DNA from: Selaginella moellendorffii
Taxonomy: Eukaryota > Plantae > Lycopodiophyta
Assembly (NCBI RefSeq): GCF_000143415.4
Contig: NW_003314280.1
Span: forward strand, 248,001-312,000
DNA length: 64,000 bases
Reading direction: 5' to 3'
Shown: piece after piece, positions 1 to 10,999 of the stretch
Layout: each line of letters opens with the position of its first letter
Position numbering within the stretch: the stretch's first letter is position 1
The notes under the pieces: generated by a model
The model's database searches: none
Told to the model about the DNA's origin: nothing
What the model saw: the letters and a program-made list of their open reading frames with translations, nothing else
Translations under genes and position numbers: made by a program

Positions 1-1771
1 TCCGGCTCGTGGCCACTTTGAGCCACCAAGCAGCGAACCAGCGCTACTTCCTCGGGTGGCAGAGCTTGCGAATTTGCGCAGGCGTTGAGAACCGTGACGA
101 ACGTGACTTTGTTCGGTTTGGTGCCATCCAGCAACATCTGCTTGAATAGATGCAATGCTGCTCTCGAGTCTCCAGCGTCGGAGTATCCTCCGATGATAGC
201 AGTCCAGAGAACGACGCCCCTCCTCGAGTGCTTGGCAAAGATCCTGTGAGCTTCTTCCAGCCCTCCACACTTGCAGTACATATCAACGAGAGCGCTGACG
301 ACGACATCAGTGGATTCGTAACCGGTTCCAACGAGGTTGGCATGAATCATCCGGCCTCGCTCCAAGAAACTCTCGCTGCAAGCGTTGAGAACCGTGGTAA
401 AGGTGACGTTCGTGGGACGAAAGCCTTCCAGCTGCATCCGGGTGGTACAACTCAAAGGCAAGGTCGCAGTAGCCATTGACAGAGTACGCTGCGATCAAGC
501 TGTTCCAGGATACAACANNNNNNNNNNNNNNNNNNNNNNNNNNNNNNNNNNNNNNNNNNNNNNNNNNNNNNNNNNNNNNNNNNNNNNNNNNNNNNNNNNN
601 NNNNNNNNNNNNNNNNNCACCTCCCATACATGCTGACCAGGGCGTTCCGGACTTGAGCTTCGTTCTCCCGGCTGCCGCTCGTCGCGAAGCTCTCCTCAAC
701 GTTGGAGTGGATCAGCCTCGCGGTGTACAAGTCGACTGGTCCCGTGCAAGCGTTCATGATTGAGAGAAAGGCAACGTCGTTTGGAAGCTGGCCCTCGAGC
801 TGCATTTTCCGGTAGAGCCGAAGAGCTTCCGAGTTGAGCCCCGCGAGCGTGTACCCGGAGATGATGGCGTTCCAGGAGATCACGTCTTTTGAGGCGCACG
901 AATCCTCGAACACGCTCCTGGCGGTGGTAAGTTGGCCTCCGTTTCCATACATGCTCACCAAAGCGTTGCAAACGACAGTCTCGCAGGACACTCCCAGGCT
1001 GACGATCCTCTCGTGCATCTCCTTGACGATGCTGCTGGCGATGGTGGCCGGATCGCTGCAAGCGTTGAGGATGGTGACGAGAGTGAAGGCGTCAGGTTTC
1101 ATCCCCTCGAGCTCCATCCGCCGGTAGACGCCGAGAGCTTCCGTGAAGCCCGAGCAAGACGCATAGGCGGCGATGAGAGTGTTCCAGGAGATCACGTCGG
1201 GCTGCCAGAGGCTCGCGAAGGCCACGCAAGCGTCGTCGAGGCACCCACACTTTGCGTAGAGATCCACAAGCGAGTTCCCCACCCGTGGGATGGCGTCGAA
1301 TCCTTTCTCTAGCACGTAAGTGTGCATCTCTCTCCCTTGATCAAGAGCTCTAAACTTCGCGCAGCAGTTGAGGAGGGTGACGAAGGTGATGCTGTCCGCG
1401 AAAACTCCCTGGAGCAGCATCTCTCGAAACACTAGGAGTGCTGGTTGCAAATGCCCTTTCTGTGCAAATGCTGCTATCAGCCTTGTCCAAGTGATCACGT
1501 CTCTCTCGTGGAGCCGCGAGAAGAGATTCCATGCATCCCAGACGCTGCCACAGCTGAGGTACCTGTGGACGATGGCGCTGCTCAGGAAGAGATCGCCGCC
1601 AAGCCCGTGCTCGACAATCCTGGTGTGAACTTCCAGCACGGATTTCTTGGAGGTGCATTCCTTGATCGCTGTGGCGAGCGACTTTGCGTCCAGGGAGAGA
1701 GAAGAAGTTGCCAGGCAGCGCGTACCAATCTCAGTCGTCGTCGCGATCATCGCCGGGCAGCGACGACGCAT
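1..1771 (-). CDS. PLS-class pentatricopeptide repeat protein (3' end outside window; interrupted by N gap 518-617)
   Basis: Repeated PPR motifs (DVITWTRLIAAFAQKG, VGNSLVDLYAKCG, DVISWNAIISGY, VVSWNSLIAAYSVNG). Likely start ATG at 1771 or 1750. Confidence 0.9.
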
Positions 1772-1785
1772 TCTTCGCTCCTTTG

Positions 1786-1995
1786 CCTGCCATGCTCCCT
1801 CCCTCTCTTTAGGGCGCGGTGCTCCAGAGATTTGGGAAGTATCGTCTTGGGTCGCCTTGGATTCCCCTGGAGAGAACGATGAGTAGTTGCATTGATCCCT
1901 CCAACGCGCGGGGAGGTCTTCCCGGAGATCACCCTCTAGATCTACACCCGGCTGATGCCTTTTTCGGGCACCAGGATCCACGAGTAAATCTCTGG
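1786..1995 (+). pseudogene. Internally deleted relic of the 5' end of the neighbouring PPR-DYW gene
   Basis: Translates LQRF...PWIPLERTMSSCIDPSNA versus LQRFVRWPWIPLERAMSTCIDPSNNA at 3270-3345. Downstream cccggagatcaccctct and caggatccacgag match 3445-3530. Confidence 0.8.
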
Positions 1996-2090
1996 AAGGA
2001 GCAGTACCAAGTCATTCCTTTCAAAGAACATACATAGATTCCATTGATAAGTAACTACTTATATAAGAGGCCCTTTAATCTAGGGTTTGG

Positions 2091-2798
2091 ATGGCGGAGG
2101 GTTCTCCAAGAACGCACAGCGTGAGCAATGAGATTGAGTGCTACCATGCACTTGCTGTTATAGGCTGCCCCGAGGTCATGCTTGTGGTGGAGGGGATACT
2201 CATCTTAGAGGCAGAGTACAACCAGGTGTTTGGGGAGACGCACAAAAGTGTGCCGCATCCAGAGGATGTAGATGTGATACTCAATAGCTTCGAATCAGGG
2301 GAAGCTAAGGATTCTTTTAGTCGCTTTGCTCAGGCACTGTATAAGGGAAGTCGTGATGATCGTCTTAAGCCTGCAATCGCTAGAACAGGGGCTCGTCTCT
2401 TTTGGGCTGTAGCGCGCACAGTAGCTGCAAAGTATCCGGACAACGTCTGGCTGCAGAATATGCTTGCATCGGACGAGGCCCGTTTGGAGATGATCAAGGC
2501 TTGGAGCCATGTTTTCAGCTGGAGGATGCACATCAATGTGTCTCATTCATTCATTGTCATCGGGACGGACTTGGAGATGGCGAATCCTCTCGAAGTTTTG
2601 CGTTATGTGGCCCAGAAGTGCGAAGAGAGCAAGGTAGCACACCGCAGGGAGCTCGGTCGTCTCCTTCAGGCTAGCCTGCCTTTTGTGGAGGCTTCAGTTG
2701 CGAGACACAAGGAAGAAGTGTGCCGCAGAGAAAAAGAAGAGGAGTCTCAAGCCGAGATGATGAAGTGCTTGTTGCTACCTCCGATCGTTCATCTGTAG
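2091..2798 (+). CDS. Hypothetical intronless protein, 235 aa, no recognised domain
   Basis: Open frame with ATG; TATATAA at ~2059 and telo-box TAGGGTTT at 2081-2088 upstream; AT-rich region downstream. Confidence 0.55.
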   Translation: MAEGSPRTHSVSNEIECYHALAVIGCPEVMLVVEGILILEAEYNQVFGETHKSVPHPEDVDVILNSFESGEAKDSFSRFAQALYKGSRDDRLKPAIARTGARLFWAVARTVAAKYPDNVWLQNMLASDEARLEMIKAWSHVFSWRMHINVSHSFIVIGTDLEMANPLEVLRYVAQKCEESKVAHRRELGRLLQASLPFVEASVARHKEEVCRREKEEESQAEMMKCLLLPPIVHL

Positions 2799-3157
2799 CT
2801 TTAAAGCGAGCTGCATCCGTCTGTAGAGCTTGGCAGCGCACGAATACTCAAACTTGCAAGCAACAGACTCTCAACATAGATTATTAAAGTAACGTTTAGA
2901 ACACACTTTTTATATGTCAAATTAAGAGTCAATACAATATACAGTGCACTTGGCTGTGCAAAAATAGTAATTCTTCGTCTGACATTCCCATACCCTTAAA
3001 AGTTTTTAAACATTCTGGAAACACTGCTTTATATAATTTAGTATTATTTACCAATTTTAATTATAATAAAACTGAGAAAAAAATTTTTGATAGTGCTACT
3101 TTTTCTATACCTTTAGTTGTTTTCTTAATCAAATTTATTTTATCAAAAATTTCCTTC

Positions 3158-5791
3158 ATGACTGATGACCTTTGTGTCCAGAAAAGAAGTTGTGAGGCCA
3201 GCACGTACCATTTTCAGTCAGGCAGCGACAACCCGTTCTCTGCCATGCTCCTTAAGTCTGGCGCGGTCCTTCAAAGATTTGTGAGGTGGCCTTGGATTCC
3301 TTTGGAGAGAGCAATGAGCACTTGCATTGATCCCTCGAACAATGCGTGGCGAACTGGGGAGTTCCGGGGCAGCCTGATCGAGAGAATCCAGCAGCAACAG
3401 CAGCTGGAAGATGTTCTGGATCATCTGGAGAGGGCGGAGCTCTTTCCGGAGATCACCCTCTACGCCCAGCTGCTCAAAACGGCCATCGCCCTGAGCTCTC
3501 TTTCTACCGGCATCAGGATCCACGAGCAAATCTCTCGGAGCGGATTTCAAAGGAACGGATTGTTGGGGAACTTGCTGCTCCAGATGTATGTCAAGAACAA
3601 TCGGATTGACACAGCTGGTAAGCTTTCCGTTGACAAGTCAGAGTGGGGAGTTCTATTGTGGACTAACGCTATTGCGGCATATGCCCGGAGAGGGTATATG
3701 CAAGAGGCGCTGCGGCTGTTCCAGGAGATGCTGCTCGAGGCCTCTGCTAGGCCGGACGGGGTGGTGTTCGTCACGGTTCTTGGAGCCTGCCGGAGCCTCG
3801 ACTATGGTAAGACGATTCACGCTTGCATTTGCGAGCACAATCTCGAGCTTTCGAACGTAGTCGTGAACACTGCTCTCATGAACATGTATGCCAGGTGCGA
3901 TAGCGTGGAGGACGCGAGGAGGGTCTTCAACCAGGCCAAGCACGATCGAAACGTGATCATGTACACGACCATGATCGCGGCTTACGCCGAGATCGAGCAG
4001 TGCAAACCCGAAGCCGTTCGTTTCTTCCGGGAGATGCAGCAAGAAGGCGTGTTGCCCGATAAGATCTGTTTCGTGGCGACGCTCAACGCTTGTGGTGGTG
4101 CCTTGGCAGACTTGCGACTCGGGAAGTTGATCCACTCGTGCGTGCTCGAGGCCGGATTGGAATCCAACACAGTGGTGGCCACAGCTCTCGTCAACATGTA
4201 TGGAAAAGCCGGTTGTTTGGACGAGGCCACCAGAGTTTTCAGGGGACTAGAGAGGAAAGACTTGGTTTCCTGGACTGCTCTCATGTCTGCTTACTCAAGG
4301 GAAGATCTTTACAGGGAAGCACTGCAGCTGTTTCGAGAGATGACTCTACATGGCGTGAAGCTCAACGAGGTTGGCTACATCTCGGTTCTCGACGCATTTG
4401 GCTGTCCAGACGCTCTAGCAGCCGGGCGAAGCGTGCACGAATGCATACTGGAAACCGGCTATGCTTTTAGCATCAACGTCGCAAACGCAGCAATCAGGAT
4501 GTTCGGCCGCTGCTCGAGCGTCCAAGACTCTTGGAACGTTTTCGAGAAGATGGCCGTCAAGGACGTGATCTCCTGGACCAACATCAGCACGACGCTCGTC
4601 CAGCATGACCGCTGCAGCAGCGTCATCCAGCTCTACAGGTTGATGCAGCTCGACGGGACAAAGCCGGACAGGAGCTACTTTGCATTCTTGCTTCAAGCCT
4701 GTGCGACTTTATCCGCGGCTGCCGAGGGCCGGCTCGCTCACCGGCGGATCCAAGAGTGCGGCTACGACTCCAGCGACGGTGTTCTCGGCCTTGGGATCAT
4801 CAACATGTATGGAAAGTGTGGAAACTTACGAGCAGCACACGAAGTGTTCGATGGAATGAGCGAAAGGGACACTGTGGCGTGGACGACGATCATCTCAGGC
4901 TATGCTCACCACGGCCACTCGGAGGAGTCTCTTCTGATGTTTTGGAGGATGCAACAGGACGGTTCCAAGCCGGACGGCGTCAGCCTCTTGTGCGTGCTCT
5001 CGGTGTGCAGCCATGCCGGCTTGGTAGAACAGGGATGGGACTTCTTCCTCGACATCACCAAAGAGTTTGGAGTGGAGCCAGGAGAGAAGCACTATGGCTG
5101 CATGATCGATCTTCTCGGGCGCTCGGGTGACTTGGAAGCGGCCGAGGTTATGATCCGGAGGATGCCGTTCCAGGCGACTGCTATGAATTGGGCGATCTTC
5201 CTGGCGGCATGCAAGGTCCACAGCGACACCGAGCGAGGCAAACGAGCAGCCGAGAAGGTGTTGGAGCTAGAACCGGTCCCCGCAGCGTACGTGAGCCTGT
5301 CAAACATTTACGCTGCTGCTGGAGAGTGGGATCAAGTCGATCGCGTGAGAAGTGCGATGAAGGCAATGGGATTGCAAAAGGATCCAGGACGGAGCTCCAT
5401 CGAAGTGAACAGCCGAGTTCACGAGTTCTGGGCCGGCGATAAGTCGCATCCTCGAGCAGCTGAGATCTACGGATTGCTGGAAAGCTTGACGAGGCAAATG
5501 GAGGGGTCGGGCTACGTGCCAGACACGAAATTGGTGCTGCTCAACGTGAGCGAGGAGCAGAAAGAGAGGCTGCTTTGCTTCCACAGCGAGAAACTCGCCA
5601 TAGCTTTTGGTCTTCTCAGCACACCCGCAGGAAGCTCGTTGCGGATCATCAAGAACCTCCGGGTGTGCGGGGACTGCCACACCGCCGCAAAGTTCGTCTC
5701 CAGGATTGCTGGACGAGAGATCTTCATGCGGGATTCTCAGCGCTTTCACCACTTCCAGGATGGCCACTGTTCTTGTGGTGATTACTGGTAA
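3158..5791 (+). CDS. PLS-E-DYW PPR protein, putative organellar C-to-U RNA editing factor
   Basis: PLS repeats, E domains, PG box (KDPGRSSIEV), HSEKLA and CGDCH zinc ligands, terminal DYW. True start may be the Met at ~3245. Confidence 0.97.
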   Translation: MTDDLCVQKRSCEASTYHFQSGSDNPFSAMLLKSGAVLQRFVRWPWIPLERAMSTCIDPSNNAWRTGEFRGSLIERIQQQQQLEDVLDHLERAELFPEITLYAQLLKTAIALSSLSTGIRIHEQISRSGFQRNGLLGNLLLQMYVKNNRIDTAGKLSVDKSEWGVLLWTNAIAAYARRGYMQEALRLFQEMLLEASARPDGVVFVTVLGACRSLDYGKTIHACICEHNLELSNVVVNTALMNMYARCDSVEDARRVFNQAKHDRNVIMYTTMIAAYAEIEQCKPEAVRFFREMQQEGVLPDKICFVATLNACGGALADLRLGKLIHSCVLEAGLESNTVVATALVNMYGKAGCLDEATRVFRGLERKDLVSWTALMSAYSREDLYREALQLFREMTLHGVKLNEVGYISVLDAFGCPDALAAGRSVHECILETGYAFSINVANAAIRMFGRCSSVQDSWNVFEKMAVKDVISWTNISTTLVQHDRCSSVIQLYRLMQLDGTKPDRSYFAFLLQACATLSAAAEGRLAHRRIQECGYDSSDGVLGLGIINMYGKCGNLRAAHEVFDGMSERDTVAWTTIISGYAHHGHSEESLLMFWRMQQDGSKPDGVSLLCVLSVCSHAGLVEQGWDFFLDITKEFGVEPGEKHYGCMIDLLGRSGDLEAAEVMIRRMPFQATAMNWAIFLAACKVHSDTERGKRAAEKVLELEPVPAAYVSLSNIYAAAGEWDQVDRVRSAMKAMGLQKDPGRSSIEVNSRVHEFWAGDKSHPRAAEIYGLLESLTRQMEGSGYVPDTKLVLLNVSEEQKERLLCFHSEKLAIAFGLLSTPAGSSLRIIKNLRVCGDCHTAAKFVSRIAGREIFMRDSQRFHHFQDGHCSCGDYW

Positions 5792-6420
5792 CAACATAAG
5801 CATCAGAGAAACTGTGATCGATCTGCAATATGTCGGGATAGCTACACATTGTCCATAGCCAGAGCAAACTGACGAATGCCCTGGGGCTTTGTCTCGTCCT
5901 CCAGTGTAAGTTCGTTTCCATCATCCTTGATCCTCCTCCAGTGCTACCACGCATCATCAAACAGCTCCGCCGTTGTCACAACACGGTGTCACAATGTATA
6001 GCTCTACTTGTTTACCGCTCGTCACGCCAAATCTCTCCATGACTTCCAGCACTGCACTCGGTACGAGGCCATGAACAATTGCAGCACCAACACCGTGCTT
6101 TCGTCACACAGGTGCGAGAGCTTGAAAGCCTGGACAGATCCCTCGCTCCTGACATTCTCCAGCCAAAAGATCACGTCCTAGCAGTCATCCGGGGCGTCGC
6201 CCGCTTCCGCGATGGTCCTAGGAGCCCCAAACTCGAAGAGCGCCATGAAGGTTTTCGCCTGGCGATAGCCCACCTGATCGAAAAGCGCGCGAGCTCGGTA
6301 CATCCGCACCCCGGTTGCGTGCTTCTGGAAGGCCGATCTGTTAGCAGCGGAGAGACGCGCACACGAGGAGGAAGAACTGTATATATATAACTGTATATGA
6401 TTGTGTACATATACATAAAG

Positions 6421-6454
6421 CTACTGCCACGTGGGCATAACTACTGCCACGTCA
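6421..6454. promoter_or_regulatory. 20-bp-period direct repeat containing G-box/ABRE (GCCACGTGG) and CCACGTCA motifs
   Basis: ctactgccacgtggg...ctactgccacgtca, next to a TATATATA run at 6380-6389. Confidence 0.4.
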
Positions 6455-6599
6455 TCTCTACCTCTAACACTCCCACTCACGATCAGGCGGCTGATTCCAG
6501 TCTGAATCTAAGCCTGAATCGTGCCTAGCTAGTCTGAGATGATGAGCATGGAAAGCTGATGAGAAAAGCATATGAAAACTCATCAATCAACTACCCAAA

Positions 6600-7671
6600 A
6601 CTTGGTTCTTGGTCTTGGACTTGCTTGCACACTCTTTGCTTCTTGCTATGGCTTCAATCTTGCCTCTAGCATGAGGTCTTGGCCGTGAACTGCCAGGCTG
6701 CCAAGCAATGCACTCTTAAGAGCTCCAAATGGTCCCAGGACGACTTGAGCTGGAGGAAACGCCGCAACTCGACGTTGTGCTAGTCCCTAAGTCCCTCGTA
6801 GATGGCGTGCTTAACGTAAGGCGATGCAAACATGAGATCAGAGTCCTCATACCCTACGACCACCTTCATATAGAGGAGATCGAGTGCTGGAAACACGCCT
6901 TCTCGCTCTTGTGTGATCACGGAAACGAGTTCTTGCATAGACGATACGCCTCCAATAACTTTGGTTAGCTCTGAACGATCGACGTCCTCCAAAACTCTCC
7001 ATGGTATGCCACCCTACTGCCGATACTTCGTTTTCACTTTGGGAAGACTTCCTACGACTCCTCAAAATCTTTGTAATTCGCCCTTACCGGCGTGGAAGCG
7101 AATGCCTGTTTTGAGGTCAACCAAAAGGTCAGGAAGCGATCCATCGGCAAGGAACCACCTGGTCAAGTTACACATCGTCGTAGCTTGAGACACGATAGCC
7201 GTTGAGAGTAGTAGACGTTGCCACCTTTGGTCCTGAAGAACCTTCGCTGTTAGATCCACGAGGACGTATAGAAGAAACGCAGTCTTTCCAATCCCGGATT
7301 CCCCCTCAGCAGGATCGAGTTCTTGTCGTTGGGTTTGCCGAGACCATGGTCTTGTAGCACTGCCTCTCCAAAATCTTCATCTGCTTTCCCCAGATCGTCT
7401 TGCTAAAGAGATCGAGAAAGCGGAGTGTCGGCAAAACTGAAGAGCTCTATACAGGAAAGCAGCATTCCGAAATTTAGCAAAGACAAAAAATCACACAACA
7501 CTGATCAACAGCATTCTTCTTTTCGAGAGTAACAGATTTCCACACAAACTTCTGTTGAGCGAGTTGCTCCAACCTTGATTCTCTTTCGACTTTTTGAGGA
7601 AAGAGTTTTAACGGAGGACGCATAATTACTGGCAGCCAGAAACATGTTCTCCCCAACACAGACCACTCCAT
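6600..7671 (-). pseudogene. Crinkler/RHS-type P-loop NTPase pseudogene
   Basis: KILERQCYK, then NSILLRG across a frameshift to GIGKTAFLLYVL (Walker A, ~7281-7304), WFLADG, KYRQ*GGIPWRVL and FASPYV. Several stops and frameshifts. Confidence 0.7.
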
Positions 7672-8109
7672 TGTCTAGACGATCAGAGTGTTCAAAATCA
7701 GTCAGGCGTCAGAGTGAACCTGACGCTGATTGAAATAAAGGAGCCACACTAACAGAAACGCAAACATTTTTTGATTAACTTGTATTCCAATCAAGTCCCC
7801 CATGAGTTGTTCCAAGTCCCTCTTCCAGTCTCTTGGATAGTGTTAGTCGCATACAGATAGTTCCAAGCGTCGTTATGCACAGGGCTTCCACTCTCGTCAC
7901 CACTCGCATATACGAATCGCAGTGTTCTCGGCCTCCCGAATGCCAACACATCGACGACTTCGCAACCGATCGACACGACGTTCAACACAGGCCCCGCCGC
8001 CAAAACTCTTTGATTTAAACGTATAAGTTTTATTTTAATATAACAGGTTTTCAGTACTGTTCTCAGAAATGGAGAAAGAAAGGTAGCTGAGCTTTCATGT
8101 CAACCTAAT

Positions 8110-9374
8110 CTACTGCGGCAAAGGTGGTGACGAGAAACGCCATGTAGCTGTCTTAAAAGTGTCGCTAACTCTTTCTCCTTGGAAAGAACCGGGAAACGCC
8201 ACGCTCTCAATCCCCTCTAGATCTTCCTTGGAGAGAGACACTCCAAGAGAAGCTCGATTCTCTTCGAAGTTTTGGAGCTTGGTGGTGCCTGGAATGGGAA
8301 CAACGTCGTCACCTTGGTGCTGGACCCAAGCCAGAGCAAGCTGCCCCGGAGTGCACGCCTTCTTCGCAGCTATCTTGCAAAGCTTCTCGTATATGACTTT
8401 GTTGCGCTCCAAGTTCTCTCCTTGAAACTTTGGAATGGTCTGTTATATATCATGTGATAATCATATCGAGATTATGAATGGAGATACATACCTTTCGGAA
8501 ATCTCCGTCCCCAATTTCCTCCGCCACCGTTTTCCCTGAGAAAAATCCTCGTCCTAGAGGACTGTATGGAACGATTCCAATTCCTAGCTCCCTGATAATT
8601 ATCCAGGCCTAAACGTGTTATACGTGATCCATGATGCACTAAGAAACTTGATCTTACCTGCAAGTTGGAACTACTTCCTCCTCAATGTCACGAGTCCATA
8701 GCGACCATTCAAGCTGGACTGCAGTGATTGGATGGATGGCGTGAGCGCGGCGGATATCTTCAGCAGATGCTTCGGAAAGTCCCAAGTATTTCACCTTTCC
8801 TTCCTCAACGAGCTCTTTCATCGCTCCAACCTGCATGAATTTTTTTTTAAATTCATAAACACAATGCTATCGATTAAAAAAAATGGAAGTACCGTGATCT
8901 CGATGGGAACACTCTGATCAACGCGGTGCTGGTAGTAGAGATCAATGTAGTCGACCTGGAGCCTCTTCAAGCTGGCCTCGCAAGCGGCACGGACGTAAGC
9001 GGGATCCCCTCGGATGGCCATACCACTCAACTTGCTGTTGTCGGGAAAAGTTATTCCAAACTTTGTAGCGAGCTGCACCTTGTCCCGAATGCCTTGAATT
9101 GCCTGAAAAAATGGCCAATGCATTGGAAAGGAAAGAGCATATAAGCTGTGGAGATACTTGCCTTTCCAACAAGAACTTCGTTGGTATGTGGCCCATAGAT
9201 ATCCGATGTATCCAGGAATGTGACACCAGAATCAACAGCCTTGCGGATGAGATCGATCATTTCGGCCTCGGGCTTTAGAGGGCCATAAGCTTTATGGGAC
9301 ATTCCCATGCATCCAAGCCCCTGCTTTGAGACTTCCAAGCCCTGAGACCCCAGCTTTACCTTTGGAACTGCCAT
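8110..9374 (-). CDS. Aldo-keto reductase (auxin-induced PCNT115/IN2-2/perakine reductase-like), copy A, 5 exons, intact
   Basis: [61 protein letters not shown]. Splices in frame when intron 1 (9103-9161) uses a GC donor. Confidence 0.93.
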
Positions 9375-9619
9375 AGCCAATATCAAAGAGAAATAGAGGC
9401 CAAATGTCTTTTGGGTGATGCAACTGGAGAAGACGAGCTACTTGCCATCCGCAATTGGAGGTGAATATAAAGACCTCCATTCCACGGGCTGTTTCGTATC
9501 CGCTTCCTTTGTCCCTTCCAGGAAGTAGAGAAATTAATTTAGTACAAAGACAAATTATTATTAGTGAAGATCCAGATGTGCATTTTGGATCCACTGTCTA
9601 ACTGTCTAACGTGCGAGAG

Positions 9620-10355
9620 TTGGCGAGGAAAAAACGCCATGTAGTTGTTGATTCTTTCTTTCAATCTCCAGACCTTCCTTGGAGAGAGTATTCGAAGTTC
9701 TGGAGCCTGGGATGGGAACGATGTCGTCGCCTTGGTGCTAGACCCAAGCTGCCCGGAAGTGCAATTCATTCTCGCAGCTATCTTGCAGAACTTCTCGTAT
9801 ATGGCTTTGTTCCGCTCCATCTCTCCTTGAAACCTCGGCATGCTTGAGAAAAGAGGAGTAAAACTGAAATCACTTCTTCCACCACGGCGAAGTATCCTCG
9901 TCCGCAAGTTGCAAAGATTTCTTCCTCAATGTCACGGCTCCAAAGAGACCACTCGATCTGAACACCAGTGATTGGATGAATCGCGTAAACTACACGGATA
10001 TCTCCAGCCGACACTTCCGAGAGTCCCAAGTATTTCACTTTTCCTTCCTCCACGAGCTCCTTCATTGCCCCAACCTTCAAAATTTGTGCATACTATAATC
10101 ACGGCCATATACCAATGAGATTTTCATTTGCACGGCTTCTTTCTTTTGCCTCTTTTCGTTTTGCTCTTGCCTCAGGCGATCAAAGGCATTCGGGCACAAA
10201 GCCCAACTCGCTACAAAACCTGGAGTGACTCTTCCCGAAGGCGGGTGGCATGGCCATCCGAGGCGATCCCGCTTACGTCCGTGCTGCTTGCCTGAAAAGA
10301 CTCCAGGTCGACTGCATTGATCTCTACTATCAACATCGAGTTGATCTCAATGTTT
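9620..10355 (-). pseudogene. AKR copy B pseudogene; exons 3-5 on the - strand, exon 2 inverted (+ strand, ~10100-10355)
   Basis: Minus strand gives [20 protein letters not shown] and [12 protein letters not shown] with deletions. Plus strand gives AIKGIR...[32 protein letters not shown]. Confidence 0.85.
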
Positions 10356-10438
10356 AGGTCGGTTTGCGAATTGAAGATCCCCTGTTTTGAAGGGCCTGAG
10401 AGCCGAGCTTTACTCTAACCTCCATCGCCATGGAAAAT

Positions 10439-10565
10439 ATCCGACCGGTCCGACCGGTCGGAACGGCCGAACGCGGTCGGAATTCCCCGTTCGGGTGTCG
10501 GCCGACCTCGGCCGACCGCGGCGAAAAATAGAGGGTGAGCTGATTGAATCAGAGTGGTTCTTTCT
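10439..10565. repeat. GC-rich CCGAC/GTCGG quasi-palindromic element, copy 1
   Basis: Shares ccgaccggtcggaacggccgaacgcggtcggaa..ccgttcgggtgtcggccgacc and the flank gctgattgaatc with 16795-16947. Confidence 0.8.
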
Positions 10566-10999
10566 CTCGCGCTTGAAGAAATTATAAATTTTGCAGCTTC
10601 GGAACAGTCTTAAAAAGATCATGCTCATGATAATGAAGCTTCACGATCCATAACCAAGTTACCATCAACAGATGACGAATCCATTCAATTTGGACTGCAG
10701 TTGCGAGAGCTCCATGGATAACCCACCTGTGTGGATCACTGTATTGAACTTCACCGTGATTTCGAAAGAAACCCAATGAAGTCTACCTGAAGCATTTGCC
10801 TCCAAGTATGCGGGTACATTCTAGTTCTTCAGGGAAGCTTCTTCCCGCGTTTTCCAGACCACCATGAGTCCGCTGGATCTAACTTCGTGAGCTTGAGCAC
10901 GAGGAGACCTTCGTACAGTTCTTCACAGAGATCGGCCAAAACTCGCGAGTGAATTCCCCTGGCTCGAGAAAGGATCTTATAAACTGCTCTATACGGCAC

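Noticed and set aside
1772-1981. N-terminal extension of the 509-aa PPR ORF
   Set aside because: Non-ATG start; it is the antisense of the PPR-DYW relic.
7791-8003. 70-aa minus-strand ORF and a small hairpin at ~7696-7731
   Set aside because: Non-ATG start, no recognisable motif, too short to support.
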